From contig OZ365110.1 in NCBI GenBank assembly GCA_977030845.1, forward strand, positions 30,814,001-30,878,000: a DNA stretch of 64,000 bases. The letters are read 5' to 3'. Positions within the stretch are counted from its first letter, which is position 1. Every line of letters begins with the position of its first letter. The stretch comes from Fimbriosthenelais zetlandica (taxonomy: Eukaryota). This document shows positions 25,901 through 38,170 of the stretch, one piece after another. Under the pieces are notes generated by a model. It saw nothing but the letters and a program-made list of their open reading frames with translations, was not told where the DNA came from and searched no databases. Position numbers and translations under genes: made by a program.

Positions 25901-28900
25901 GCCTGCCAATAAAACAGGATTTGGCCAATTATGCTGCAATGAAATTAAGGAAGGGGCATTTTCCAGGCAACGAGGTTTCCACCTGAAGGGGAAAGGGCAT
26001 CGACCAAGAGGAATTATTTTAATTTCTTTCAAAATGCCAAGACGTGACGCCGAGCTCCCACGGCACCGCAAAGGAACAGCATTGGACCTTCCTACAATAT
26101 TTGGTATGTATTTATTTATGCTCCCTTCAAATAATCAATTTAAGACGAGTTTAAAAAGAAGTTAGAAGTCTTGAGATCAAAAGAATCTCTGAGATGTTTC
26201 AAACCCTTTTTTGCTCAAATACTGAGATAGTTTAGAAATATTAGAAGATGAGACATTTTTGTCAGAATGCGAGCAGGGTCTTGCGCTAAACTTGTTTCTC
26301 AGATCCGTTTTAGGTTACGTGTCAAACGGGGAACATGACATGCACTGAGCGAAATCTAACCACATTCCAATATCAAGCACGAACTCGATATTTGACAAAA
26401 AATAAACAAATGACAGAAGCAGCGCCTACTACAAAGACCCAAGACAAAGTGGTTAGCTTTCATGTCAAGGGAGCCCCCTGTTGGTGAGACAATGGAAGAA
26501 GATGGGACACCTCTTTGAGTTTATTAGTTTAATATTGTTTGCACCTCAGTAAAAGAACACTCCTTCACAAGACTTCACATGCTATGATTTCCCTGTGTTT
26601 GAAGTGTCTGATACACTATACAGATTGTTCATTGGTTGGAAACAACTCCTGTTGTTATTCCCATATAAACACAAACCCATAATATGCGCCTATATTTGAA
26701 CTTATAACCTATGTATAAATGGACAGTATATGTTGGGTTCCTAATTACATTATATAACAGCTAGACAGGTCTCACCTGTCCCTGCACAGATACATGGAGA
26801 TATACTGTGAATACATCAAGTATATAATATTATGCTCTTCTAATAATTTGTTTGGAACCAATTTACTAAAAAAAAAAAAGGAAATAAATCTAGCAACAAA
26901 TGATATAATTCAGGATGAGATTATGTCAACTGAAGAACAAAAAGTTGGCTACTTCAGTTTGGTGTCCCCCTGCCTTAATATCAGTTGTTCAAAATCGTGA
27001 CAGGCAGTTGGGGCTTCACTCAGATCTAAGCTTGAGCTACTCGCCCTCGCCTTTATTTGCTCTTGGGAAGAAAATGCTCAAGGAAAAGGGGAGACTGCTT
27101 TGAAAAGCGCAGCAGCAGAAGCAGCAGTCGAGGCAGGAGGAGGAGCGGAGACAAGCCCCCATTTCTATTAGATTAAAAGATGACACTTGTTCAATTAGAG
27201 AATTCTCAAAGGCATCCCCGCATCCCTTTAGTTGGCCAAAAAACGTCAATAGTCACAGTCTGGTGCGATAAACATTTGTCATTTGTTATTTCTGCGGGTT
27301 TGAGCGTGATTAGATTGCTGGGCCACTTTTTAACTTGTCATGCATGTTCTTTGTTGGGTAAATCTTGAAGTATTCATATTGAGTTGACAACTAGTTCCTA
27401 ATGATATGATGTGGTATTATTGTTGAGAACGTGTTGAAATATGAGAGGGAGGGTTGAGTAGGGAATTGATTGGAACATCGGAGAGATGTCTGTCAAACAA
27501 TTGGCCACTAATTTGAATCCAATGAGGGCGAGGTATCCCTATTAATTACTATAAGCTCATCCTTGCTGATTTAAGGCTTCATTAAAGCCTATGGGGAGAC
27601 TTGCGGATAATGTCTGGTTGGCGTGGTTCCGTAGACTTAATGATAAGTACAATGATTAGATGGGTGGGGTGGGGGTGTACAGGGGGTCGGGGTGGGGGAT
27701 ATGTTCTGGGGATTTAACAAAGGAACACTGTAACTAAGCTGGATAACTCTGGCTTTTCCGTGAAATCAGTCAATGGTATCATGTCTAACGGATTCCCTGC
27801 ATGGATTCACTCCTCCTAGATAATGTATTTTAGCTTGCAATGCTTGTGGATGAACGAGTCTTTTTCATGAAGGCAAAATTTCCATCGAAAGTATAGACTG
27901 TGACCCTACCCATTTCAGGTTATTTCCCGTTGCTTCGGATTGAGCGGGCCCATAACAAAGGCTCCTTTAATAAGTGCATACCTCTGTTATTCAGCACCAA
28001 GAAAAGGACAAGAATGGAGGCTCCAATCAAGAGGTACACAAATGGTAATGCCTCTTTATACCCCGATAAGCCCAGTGAATAGAATCTCTATGTGAGGATG
28101 GGATAATTATGTTTGTCTTGGACTTTTCTAGGCAGACGGGAGAGGGGGATGGCGAACAATGTTTGGTCACATAGGGCTAATTTCCATCAGTCATCAACTG
28201 GTAAATCGGCCAACAATTTATATCAGTTGGTATCTTAGAAATTATTGGCAAAACTCCATTGTATGATGTGAAAGGAATTGGTTCGACATTCTGCAAGCGT
28301 TTGAATTCATTGTTGGAATTTTTTTTATCCAAAAGACGATGCACATTTCCAAATCATCCCCAACTACATTTGTAATGGGGACAAGAGATTCCAAAACTAA
28401 AAATCACCGAAATGTTGCATATTATTTGCAGCATAATTTATCTCTGCAAATAACCATTTCAGAAGGAAATCGTTTGAGTGCGTACACGTCCTAATTAGTC
28501 TATTTGGTAGGCATAAGAGAGGTAAGGGGAGCATGAGGTGGAGGTTGAATAGACAATAAGGGATTCCAGACCCGTCTGACCCACATCGGAGTGATTATGC
28601 ATCCAGCAGATCAGATTCCGCATCCATACGATGAAGAAAGACATTCATTGGAATGGACTGCTCATGGATCGATGTGGATAGGGTAGACCCCTTTAGGCTC
28701 TGGCTGGTTGAAAGGGGAAATAGTTTTTTCTCAGAATGCAGCTGGCTAGAATGAAACGACGCCAAGGAATTGTTCCTGGAATCCTCGAAGATTTTTCCAG
28801 ATGATCTAAAATTATTCTATCATTGAGAAGTGATTTAATATCAATGATTATAATTCGCCCCACATTACCTAGACAAATGACGTAAAGCTATGTAGGCCTA

Positions 28901-31762
28901 TAGCATACCGCTCTTTCAAAGTATGACTATCCATTACAAAGATTCCAACCGCATTTTAACCGAAGTTTTTCTAAAAACCGGCATTAGGTTTTCAAACTAT
29001 TTATCTGAGAATTACTCAGAAGTTGTAACAATATGCCTAAAACATCCACTTTTTTGGCCTAATTCTGTGGCTGCATGAGTGTGAGCAGATTTTACCTTGG
29101 TAATAATCTGGGATTATAGATTTTCCCTTGTGTGAATGGGCCTGGTGATATGATTCTCTTATCACCTTCACCAGAAATATGGTGGATCATTTTAGGCTTC
29201 TGATGACCTCAATGACCTTGATGGGGACAGAGCTCGGTGTTAAATGACCCGAAGAAAAAAATCGTCCTAAATCTACCAGTGAACGTCAATCAAGGACATC
29301 TAGGCGAAAGGCTGCGCGCGCAGCATGCGCATGCGCGTCTCTAGCTTCCGGGGGGATGTAAAGACAGACCAGGCGGTTGCCATGACAGCGGGGGGCTCTC
29401 AGCCTAAAATGCAAGACCCAAGTCTGCCCTAACCTTCCAAATGGATGTAAATATGCTTTTGTGTCTAGCTCAGAATACGGGGTGTGGAATTATGGCGGCG
29501 TAGGGAGCATGTTTGTCTGTGCATGTACAGGCGCGCAGAAGGGAATGGGTTTTTTCCGTTGAAGTAGATCTTCAAAAAGCGTGCAATAATTAGGTTGTGG
29601 AACTAAGGGGATGGGGGACTGAGGGAAGGAGGGTGGATGGACAGTATGGCAAATTTCCAAGGTGAAGAGCGTTCACTTATAAAGGCAATAGGGTGCATGT
29701 CCGCGGGGTGGGGGAAGCAGAGGGTGAACCCCAAATCTCACAGCTACTGATTCCTCATTACTGACAAAATACTACGATCAAACAGACTGGATTCGTGTAG
29801 GGACAGATGGTAGCATGCCATAGAGCCAGGCTAAATTAGGCCTACTCCCTCCCCATCTCTCACCATCCTACTTCAAACTAACATAGGCTTTTCTGGTTCT
29901 GAGAGCCGGACGGTCAAATAAGGCGAGTCCATACAGAGTGCATGCAAAGAGGTTATCTATTGATTAAACCAACAATGATAATGAACTGCGAACTCTTTAA
30001 ATAGCTGTTGCTGTTCATGTACAGCTGCATTAGCTGCATGAGAGCCTTATACCCGAAGCTTGTTGTCTATTAGCAATCCACCCACCAACGCAAAATACTG
30101 GTGTTGCATTTAAATAAATGGAAATATTATGTAACCTGCCGAAATCCATCTTCGTCTGGTTTACAGTGTATGAACTTTCCCAAATCAAAGTTATGCAGGC
30201 CAGAAAGCCTCTAAATATGCTTTGGCACGACTGGCGCTCCCTAGGTGACCAGAGTGGATCCAATTTGTTGAGATCTGTCCCCCACCCGGTGCCTCAGGGC
30301 TCTAAATGGTTCCTTCATGTTAGGGCTTGGACAAGTCACTTCCATTTTCTCTGCCTTTCCCCTCAGTCCTTCCTTCAACCTACTAGCCTCTTGGAACTAA
30401 TGTTTTTCATTGGGACTCAATACTCGGCCCGCTCTTATGAAAGCTTTCAAAATAAAAGCTACCATCAAGGCAGGTTGGGGATTTATATGAATCTTTTCAC
30501 CTTCAAAGGACCGCCTTTTTATATTAGAGCTCCTAACTTTGGGGGTACAAGGAAGGAATGAATGAAGGAGTCTGACTATTTGCTAAACCTTGGGCTTTTA
30601 ATGATAGAAAGTATTAAGTGATACGATCAGAGAAGGATTTACTTGCCCTCCCCAAGGGCAAATGAAGGTCATCGTAGCTTTGGAAGCTTGGCATGTCTGT
30701 GAGACTGGGTGAAGGCTCTACCATTGAATGTAACCCGAGTCTTTGGGCAGGGGAAGCCAAACGTGGACAGTGACGGCTAGTGGAACTGTACAGGCAAAAA
30801 GTAGAGTTGGGAATAAGGCTTGGTTCCCGGGACTCTCATAGAAAAAAATCTGTAGATCTAACCGAAAGATCGTTAAATCTCGTTAAATGTACATGTATAT
30901 AATTATGATTTCCTCCATAATATTTCTCTCATAGGCCCTACAGAATATATATGTGTTAAAACTAAATTATCTGCTCCAACCTTCTATATTTAAAGTATCC
31001 CATTTTGCCATTATCTTGGCCTATGTTGAATATAATTAAGGTAATATTTGAAACCACTTCTCATGCAATTTTGTACAGCACCATTCTGATTGGTTTGCTC
31101 ATCTGTACCACTCCTTCTCTCAGGATCTATGTCTCTCATTCCCTGTTCATCAATATTGGTAACACTACTCTCGTGTCGTAAGTGGCAAGAAGGAAATCAC
31201 GCGAGGTTTCACGAGAACCTTGTAAGGGCGCTTCAAGTGGTGTCGCTTTACGTCAGGAAATATACTTCAAATACAACCATATGTAGATTTGATAGTTTTC
31301 CTCTGCTTTATGTTTCTTCAGTCGCCTCCTGATTAATCCACTGGGGGTTCATGGCAAATTCTGAGGAAAATTGGGTCGGCAGGTGATAGAGTTGGCAGGT
31401 CTAATAGATTATTTATCGACAAGGCATATTACTCTTCTATCAAAGATATGTTGAATGGATTTCATCCCACACATTTTTCTGTTAATCATATGGTTTTCAA
31501 GTATACACCTCAAAAGGGGGACAGGCAGATATATGGATAGATCATCTCTCTGCCTTCCTTTGGTCTCGTTTTTCCTTTCAGTTAATCTATCACTGTCTAG
31601 TATAGGGGAAGAGTTATGAAGGGGGTAGTTCCACCAATATTCATACTGGTCTAAATTGGTATGGTGAAAGTGGAAGTTGGAAGAAGTGAGAGGAAGGGGG
31701 TTGGGGAGAGAGATTTAGTGAATGTCATCTTTTATGCTTGCCTTGGTGATCTGTGGAAGCTT

Positions 31763-31825
<63 letters not shown>

Positions 31826-34800
31826 TTAGCGGACACAGCTGCCAAGGCTTCCATCTCTGACTCCCACATGTATTCCCTTTGTTCTGCTCCTGGTACGGCA
31901 AAAAGGGGAGAAAACCGGGAGAGGGGAGAAACTGAGGGGAATGCGAGAACAGAGAGGATAAGAAGAGTGTTTGGGCCAAAATGAGGATATTGAAAAATAA
32001 TACATTTGTATTATAAGTGAAGAAAAAGCAGAGAGGAAAGCAACGGACAAGAGGTGGAAGGGGGCATCTGCATATCGACATGCACTGACTTGTTCTGGGA
32101 TCTGTTTCAAAACATTAAACCGGCCCCAGATGATCCAACTGACGCATGGTCAAAAACAGAAATATGTACAAGAGAAACAAGAAAGTGAGACAAGAAGAAA
32201 AGAAGACCTGTGATAAAGAAACACCATAGTTCTCTTCTGACAGAAAATGTGTGAGCATCGATTTCTAGTGTAAATATTATGTTACATGATCACGCGCAGA
32301 GGAGAAGCAGTAGGAAGAGGAAGTGGTTATTTTATATGAGTGATAAACTCCCAACATCTTTGTCCTCTTGATATCCTCTCTCAACAACAATGAATGCTGG
32401 GGAAACGTGAGGCGCTCATGTACGAGCAACACACGGGCAAAATACAACGTGTATAGACTTGCCCTATATGAACAAAAAATGTGTATTATATTAATAAACA
32501 TGAGTCCTATATTGTAAGATCAGCTTATTGAGGTATATAGATCTACATTTAAATCCAAATATATTTGCGCCACAGTATAAATTTCACTGAAGACTGCATG
32601 GGAAAATGTTAAAGGACTAAGGCAAGTCCTATGACCAGTTGCAGACATGGGGAAAAATGCCACATTTGTTGTGCTCCCCTTTTTCAAGGATACCCATGGG
32701 GAATGAAGGCCGCTAAAGAAGGTAAAGGGGGATGGGGGATGGGGGAGGGGAGAAGGGTGAAGGTGGAGGAGGGCCCGAGGGGGTCGGCCTGTCTAAGATG
32801 GGGCCAGTTTTCGGGGCAGTCACGTGCGTTCTGACTCGAGATAAATTAATGTCAAAGTCAGATGTGACTCAAGGGGAGGAGATTGCATTATATCCTTTCT
32901 CTTTCTTTAGTGGTAATGAAAATACCTCGGATCATACTCAAATATTCAGATCCCGGAACAGTTCATTTACCAATTTCATTCTATTTTGGGGTCATTTTTA
33001 CCTTTATGCCATGGTACTTAGATCACATGATAATTTGCATGCAACATACCCAAAGAGAATCTGGGTAAATCAGGGCGTCTCTTGGGCGTCTCAGGGGTCG
33101 GGCCGTGGGTGGCAGGGGTGGTGAGGATGTCTGGAATTTTCCCACGTGATTCAACATTCAGCAGGACTGGTACTGCCCCAAGCGACGGGTGGGGGCACTG
33201 AGCAAATAGTTGATCATCACCCGCAAGGCAAAAAAAAATCACGCAAAAAGTGGTTTCTTCTCACTTCTTTTTACAAGACCACACGCAGACATGTTTTTCC
33301 CCATTGCCAATTAAGGCCATTTTATGATGTAATATTGTGGTTATCTGAATTGTACCTGCAGCAATTTTCAGGGGCAGGGTGGTGGGGTTGGTTAGAGCCA
33401 TATATTTCGTCTTTAAATGTCGGTTAGGCCGCTTTGTATTTTTCATTTCATGATTCAATATGGTCAAATAGAGGTCCACCTATGTGATGATTATTTTTCT
33501 GTATTGTATGTAACAGATATAGACTAATCGTGTTATCATTTCCTATCAGTGAATCGCTGCATGGGTATTATCTAGAATTTAAATGTCTATACGGCCCACT
33601 GTTAAGAGAGCGGGCTGCAGCAGAATGTTAGATTTTGACGATGTAAATTGGTTGTTTTCGCAGTCCGAGGTGAAGTGGGAGAAGAAAGGAAGAAGGAAGC
33701 CAGTGCCCCCGTCACCCCGCGATCCTGTCACCCCTGTCATGATTGGGAAGCCATGTTGTAGAGGCAAGAGTAAGAGAGGCTTGTCAGCTGGCTTTCACGC
33801 GGACCATTAGACTGGCTCCCCTACCTTATAACTTAGTGCACTGTTGGTTTGTTTCATGGCATTTCAATCCCCCTGAAAGGATCAGTATTTATCTAATACA
33901 TCTCTCTTGTAAGCTAGTAGATAGTATAGTAGGCCTAATCGACATTCACGAGTGACATATTCGACTGAGATATAGGGCAGCGAATAGCCAAGTTAACATA
34001 ATTTTTATGAACGTGCTGTTCGAGAATATATGGCTAGGACCCAACCCGAACAGACAAGTATACTTCATTCTAATTCAAGCATGCTTATAGTTTACAAGAA
34101 ATTCTATAAATTCTACCGCATTTATAGCCAAAACTAGGCAATTTCACATAAAGAAAGTCAAAAAGCCCACTCCAAGTCGGAATCCGGCAGTCATTCTTCA
34201 TTATCTCTATTTGTGAATAAATATGCGGGGAAATAACTAAAATGGAATAGACTTTGGAAAGACTAAAACAGATAAGTGGAACGAGGGAGATTTTTGAGGG
34301 CGCATGCTGGCCTTTCCCTTAGCCACTGCTGGGAAAGCGGATGTGGCGTTGATAGGAACGCGTGCGCATGCGTGATAGTCACGTGATAAGGGTTAGATGG
34401 TCATTAGTTGGTGGGGGAGGGCGTGATGAAGTTAGCACGGTACATGGGTCTGATTTCCTTAACTCAGATCCCGGGGGAGGGATCGTATGTAGGTGGAGTA
34501 TAGAGTCTGGAATGAACAGGATGAAAAGAAATATACGATTCCTGCTGAAAATGTTTTGCAAAGAGATGATATCAACAGTGTATTACATAAAGGGGTATCT
34601 ATATAGCTTATAATAGGCCTATATAGACCTTATGGCCGAAAGAAAAGAGTAGGGCAAAGAGGGGAAAATTGCCCTTGGTCAGTGTGCCAGAAACTCAATT
34701 ATGCGAGAAACTGCCAGTTTCGGCCATTTGAAATATTCTTCTTTGTAGTTGGGAACATTTACTTGGAATGTTGATTGTATCGTTAACTATTAATCCTGAT

Positions 34801-37800
34801 GGTCCCAGGACACGGACAGCCAGCCTCGTCCTTTCACCCGTTGTCACTCAGACAAAGATTTCCAAATGGACACAAATTGATCCGGCACAAGGGGCCTTGG
34901 CTTTTTCCATTATTCATGCCAGTTTCTGGCGTCTTGGAGATACCTCCTACGCCGTCCATCTGCATTTGAAATGGTGTAATCCTAGTGCATGGACCCTTAT
35001 TATCGCTCAGCACATTTGTCAGATTCGACATGTTGGGGTCGGGAAGGGCCTGGGTAAAAAGGTCCCTAGTGAGGGCAGGCTAGCAAAGTCCCCCTAGAGG
35101 GACCAGAGGGACCTAGAAAGGCTTCTCTGATGACCTGAGCTGAAAGAAAGGTCATTATTGGAACTGATTTTGTGATCATCTTCATGAGTCTAATCTACAA
35201 AATGCTGGACATATTTCTGGACGTTTTTACCACCTTTCTAAAGTCAATTCCGTAGGATATTTCTGAGAAGGATGTGTCAGGGTAGAAAGGATGGCTGAAA
35301 ATATGATCCAGTGTAAAGTATGTGAGTGAGTGGGGTAGGGGTAGGGATAGGGGGTTGAGGGGCAGATGGCCCTCCGGACTGAGGTAGTTAGGATATTGAC
35401 AATATTGACGTGCGCAATCTCATTGTGCACACAGCAGACGACATGGCTCAGTGTGTCCATCCACACAGCACCAAAATACAAGGTGGTCAATAATTCTGGC
35501 AAATCTCCCTGGGTTTCTTTATTTTTTGCTTCAATTTGGGACATATTATATACCATTTATATTCTCTAATTTGAAGACATGTCTTTATAGCACATTGTCC
35601 TTTGTAACTTTTATTTCCTAAGGGCCTATGTCTATTACCTGCCGAGATAACTGTTCAAAATGACCATCCCACCTCTACTGTGGATAAATGTTTTTTTTTC
35701 AGAGAAGCGTTTTTTGGTGGCCTTGTATTATGAGTAAAGCTATAGGCTGTGAGAGGGGATTGCCTTGCATCCATCATCCCCCTCCTCCACGGCGGTCAGA
35801 GCACTCCTCTACGGCGGGCAAACAGGAGGGACGTCAGAGGAAGGATATTATATACATAACCGGAGACAGGTCCAAATCCAGGCCTATTGATACACTCACA
35901 CACACGGCACTAAGCTATCAAAACCCCCCTACCTCATCTCCTTCTCCACCTTCCCTCTGTCATCTTTCTCTGAAGGGGACGCATGTCATTTTTTATTCCA
36001 TTTTTGTAACTTATAATTTTTATTTTATATTAATCCAAATTAAGTATTCTATTCATACAGCGGTTGGCGTGTAATTTGATTTTTACCTATACCGAAATTA
36101 AATAAATTATTAGTTTTGAGTAGCCTTTGGTAGAAAGAAGTGTTATTGTTTTAAGAATATGGTGAAATCATGCCAACATGGTGGCAGAAATAATGATCCT
36201 GTCCATAAAAAATGAGTGACCCCTCCAACCTCTACCCCCGTATACCCCGACTTTAGCCAATCGCTCATGGAAGTTAGTCCACCACCCAACCAATCCTCTC
36301 CGTAATCCTGAATCCCACCCCCTTCAATATCAATCCCTCACGACAGTATGAAGCATAAGATGTAATAGCTTTGGATTTAGTGTTGTGAATAATCATCTGT
36401 TTGTGCAGCTATGTCTAACTTTCTACCCTTCCTGGACCTCCTGCAACTTGCATCCCGTCTGTACGGCATTACAAAAACCTGCAGGGATGTTTCATGAAGC
36501 ATCTTCATGGTCTATAATATAACCTAAATATGCATTATGCCTTGGGTATGGATCCGTGCAATGATGGTAGCAATCAGGCCTACCAATGACTGATAGATCT
36601 TATCTCAAAATAACAAGTAAAAAATCATTTTATTTTGGCCTTGTGGAGATCCAGGTGGGGGAGTAGTGAATTAGAAGACAAGTCAATCGCCCCCGACTTC
36701 CGGGAAGACTTTACCGCAGTGACCCCTACCGGCAGTCTTCCGCTGTGCCCCAAGCCGGCGACCCCTTTCCCCACACCTGCACCTAACTGACCCAAAGCCA
36801 GTGGTCTGGAGTTTTACCCAGAGAAGCCAGTATTGCATTTGTTTTTTTGTTTTTGTGATTCTAAGTAAAACAGGAAGTGAAAATCTAAAACTCAATAATA
36901 AGGAGAGACGGGAGAGCGAAAGAAAGGGGAGAGAGAGCCAGTTAGTCTGGTTCTATGAATCATGCCTCACTTTTGCCAAAACAGTCAGGGCTTTAAAAAG
37001 TCAGGGATTAACATCTGCACAGGGATTCTAAATACCAAGCCCAAGGGGAGTCCAAGGGGATGGACTATAACTTTGGGCCAAAAGCCATACAAAGGGGGTC
37101 ATTCTCTTTGCAGCATGTATGTGTAGATAAGCATCTGGATCCTCTTTCCATGGCATAAATTGTCATCATGATCTGGAGAGAAGCGAGCGAATAGAATCCC
37201 TTGAAAATAAATCACTTTGGGTTCTCTAGACATCTGTATTTACACCCCAAGTCTATTAGATTACACCACAACCCTATAGTCGAGAATATTAAAACCAGAT
37301 TTGTGATCCCAAGTCAAGAGGTTTTGGGGTTACTGCTCCAATGGAATGAAGGGGAAAAGTGGGTTAGGGGGGAGGGTGGGGTAGGAAAAGAAGGCGTGGT
37401 AAACATGCCCGCAGGGAAAAATGAAGTGGATTATGGCGCATGCGTACTTGAGAGGAAGTGTGCACGAAGCGTAAGCATGTAGTCTATGGTCCAGATGGTA
37501 GGCAGACCCCAAAAGGTTTCACAGATGGTATGCCACGGTAGGGAACTTGGTCACTACATTACAAAATATAAACCCTAGATCACTCCTAACCCCTTAAAGA
37601 TAAAGCCCCCACATCCTACTTATCCACCTCCTAGAAACATATATAATGATAACACATCCTTGTTCCTTATCTTTGGAGTGACTGGACAGCAATTCATTAG
37701 AGATAAGGCTGATGATATGGTTCAAAACACAGAAAGTCACTTCTGTGGTATATATATGGCTTCTGCGTCATTACTCATTGACATTTGCAGAATATTTCAG

Positions 37801-38170
37801 GCCTACATAATGAAATGCTTTGCAAAAGTTGGTTTTAAAGACTAGAAGGTATTAAAACCATCTGTTACTTGATCTCTAGCTGACGGGTCGCTAACCATTG
37901 ACGAGATGCAGAAAAAAAGATGTTAAATATTAGCTTAATGATAAAACAATAATGGATATGGAGGACATTTAGGGGGCATGTGTCACGCGAGTAATGGCAT
38001 CTATGACACTCAATCCACACCCACTGGAATAGTTTGTAATGTCTTAAGTTTAATTTTTACTCACCTAAAGGCCCTGCTACTTGGTTCCCTTCAGCACGGC
38101 GAGTCAAGTAAATGATCCCCAATGAAATTATGACAAAAATCAACCTTGAGTCTGATATTTGGTACTCCAT
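4669..38170 (-). CDS. Spliced gene (7 coding exons, 477 aa): type I membrane protein with SUEL-lectin-like, CUB-like and Sushi-like domains, TM helix and Tyr-motif tail
   Basis: join(38170-38065,25629-25345,21172-20765,11181-11017,10219-10166,6851-6764,4996-4669) = 106+285+408+165+54+88+328 = 1434 nt, open to TGA at 4671-4669. All six introns are GT..AG with matching phases (1,1,1,1,1,2); intron sizes 12435, 4172, 9583, 797, 3314 and 1767 nt. The junction peptides join domains seamlessly (GPL-A-VRDYC, ECIK-V-AQGD, LHYQ-A-QGCP, FPY-G-ILIL, YLK-R-KSP). Confidence 0.9.
6764..6851 (-). CDS. Coding exon 6: transmembrane helix
   Basis: Acceptor ccttctcttttctctctcactacag| and donor AAAG|GTAAGT; 88 nt, phase 1-2. 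Encodes GILILVAIGVALGVFLGGLLLSLAIFYLK, followed by basic KRK on the cytosolic side. Not in the ORF track. Confidence 0.93.
10166..10219 (-). CDS. Coding exon 5: 18-codon juxtamembrane stalk
   Basis: Strong acceptor ttttcgttatttttatttcag| and donor TATG|GTGAGT; 54 nt, phase 1-1. Encodes (S)QQWSFPILATADNQFPY(G), joining directly to the TM exon as FPYGILIL. Confidence 0.87.
11017..11181 (-). CDS. Coding exon 4: compact Sushi/CCP-like module
   Basis: Acceptor ttcttattcaacag| and donor ACAT|GTAAGT; 165 nt, phase 1-1. QGCPEPHLPKNVWVRRQGENLIVKCNMTEETWSLVCRGNSWVGEVGNCSKDKQT has 4 Cys, CPxP..P and C...W...C, plus two N-glycosylation sequons (NMT, NCS). Confidence 0.9.
20765..21172 (-). CDS. Coding exon 3: CUB-like domain
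   Basis: Acceptor cattttttccag-type tract and donor CAAG|GTAAGA; 408 nt, phase 1-1. C..LLTDQSGFISS...CPWRVRVRRGQKVIVKLFKF...CYELATI...C...YNSASSMVDI...FVLHY follows the CUB pattern (SG.I.S, C.W.I...G..I.L.F, S.SN.L.V, F...Y). Confidence 0.92.
25345..25629 (-). CDS. Coding exon 2: SUEL/rhamnose-binding-lectin-like (Gal_Lectin-type) domain
   Basis: Acceptor ttctcttttcag| and donor AAAG|GTGGGT; 285 nt, phase 1-1. Encodes (A)VRDYCPSEYFNASCPPGHVILMRSAKYGRMSAGRCVTANHGFLGCSTDVLPYMDGKCSGRPKCRVYIAEPELHDTKPCHRDFSSYLSAAYECIK, with 8 Cys in SUEL spacing and AKYGR (cf. ANYGR), CSGR..C and YL...Y.C motifs. Confidence 0.95.
31767..31825. repeat. Interrupted (GA)n microsatellite
   Basis: (GA)13-GGGAGAAA-(GA)12G, read directly; lies in intron 1. 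Confidence 0.97.
38065..38170 (-). CDS. Coding exon 1: signal peptide
   Basis: ACCATGG Kozak context; MEYQISDSRLIFVIISLGIIYLTRRAEG/NQVAGPL has a hydrophobic core and an A-x-G cleavage-type site. It ends TTAG|GTGAGT, a phase-1 donor matching exon 2. Not in the ORF track because it is too short. Confidence 0.85.

Noticed and set aside
26764-26780. 7-bp hairpin GACAGGT-ctc-ACCTGTC overlapping a minus-strand CAG|GTGAGA donor
   Set aside because: The stem is too short to be significant and no convincing phase-compatible exon lies upstream.
27040-27165. Leu-rich minus-strand stretch (LLLLPRLLLLLLRF) resembling a signal peptide
   Set aside because: No in-frame ATG or phase-1 donor; it derives from CTG/CTC triplet low complexity. 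A better exon 1 exists at 38170-38065.
31725-32110. Two overlapping minus-strand ORFs with LSLSLS runs
   Set aside because: Artefact of the (GA)n microsatellite and adjacent purine-rich sequence.
32277-32480. Exon-like segment in intron 1 with an acceptor and a hydrophobic-looking frame
   Set aside because: The hydrophobic frame is bounded by stops and the only donor (CAT|GTAACA) is weak.
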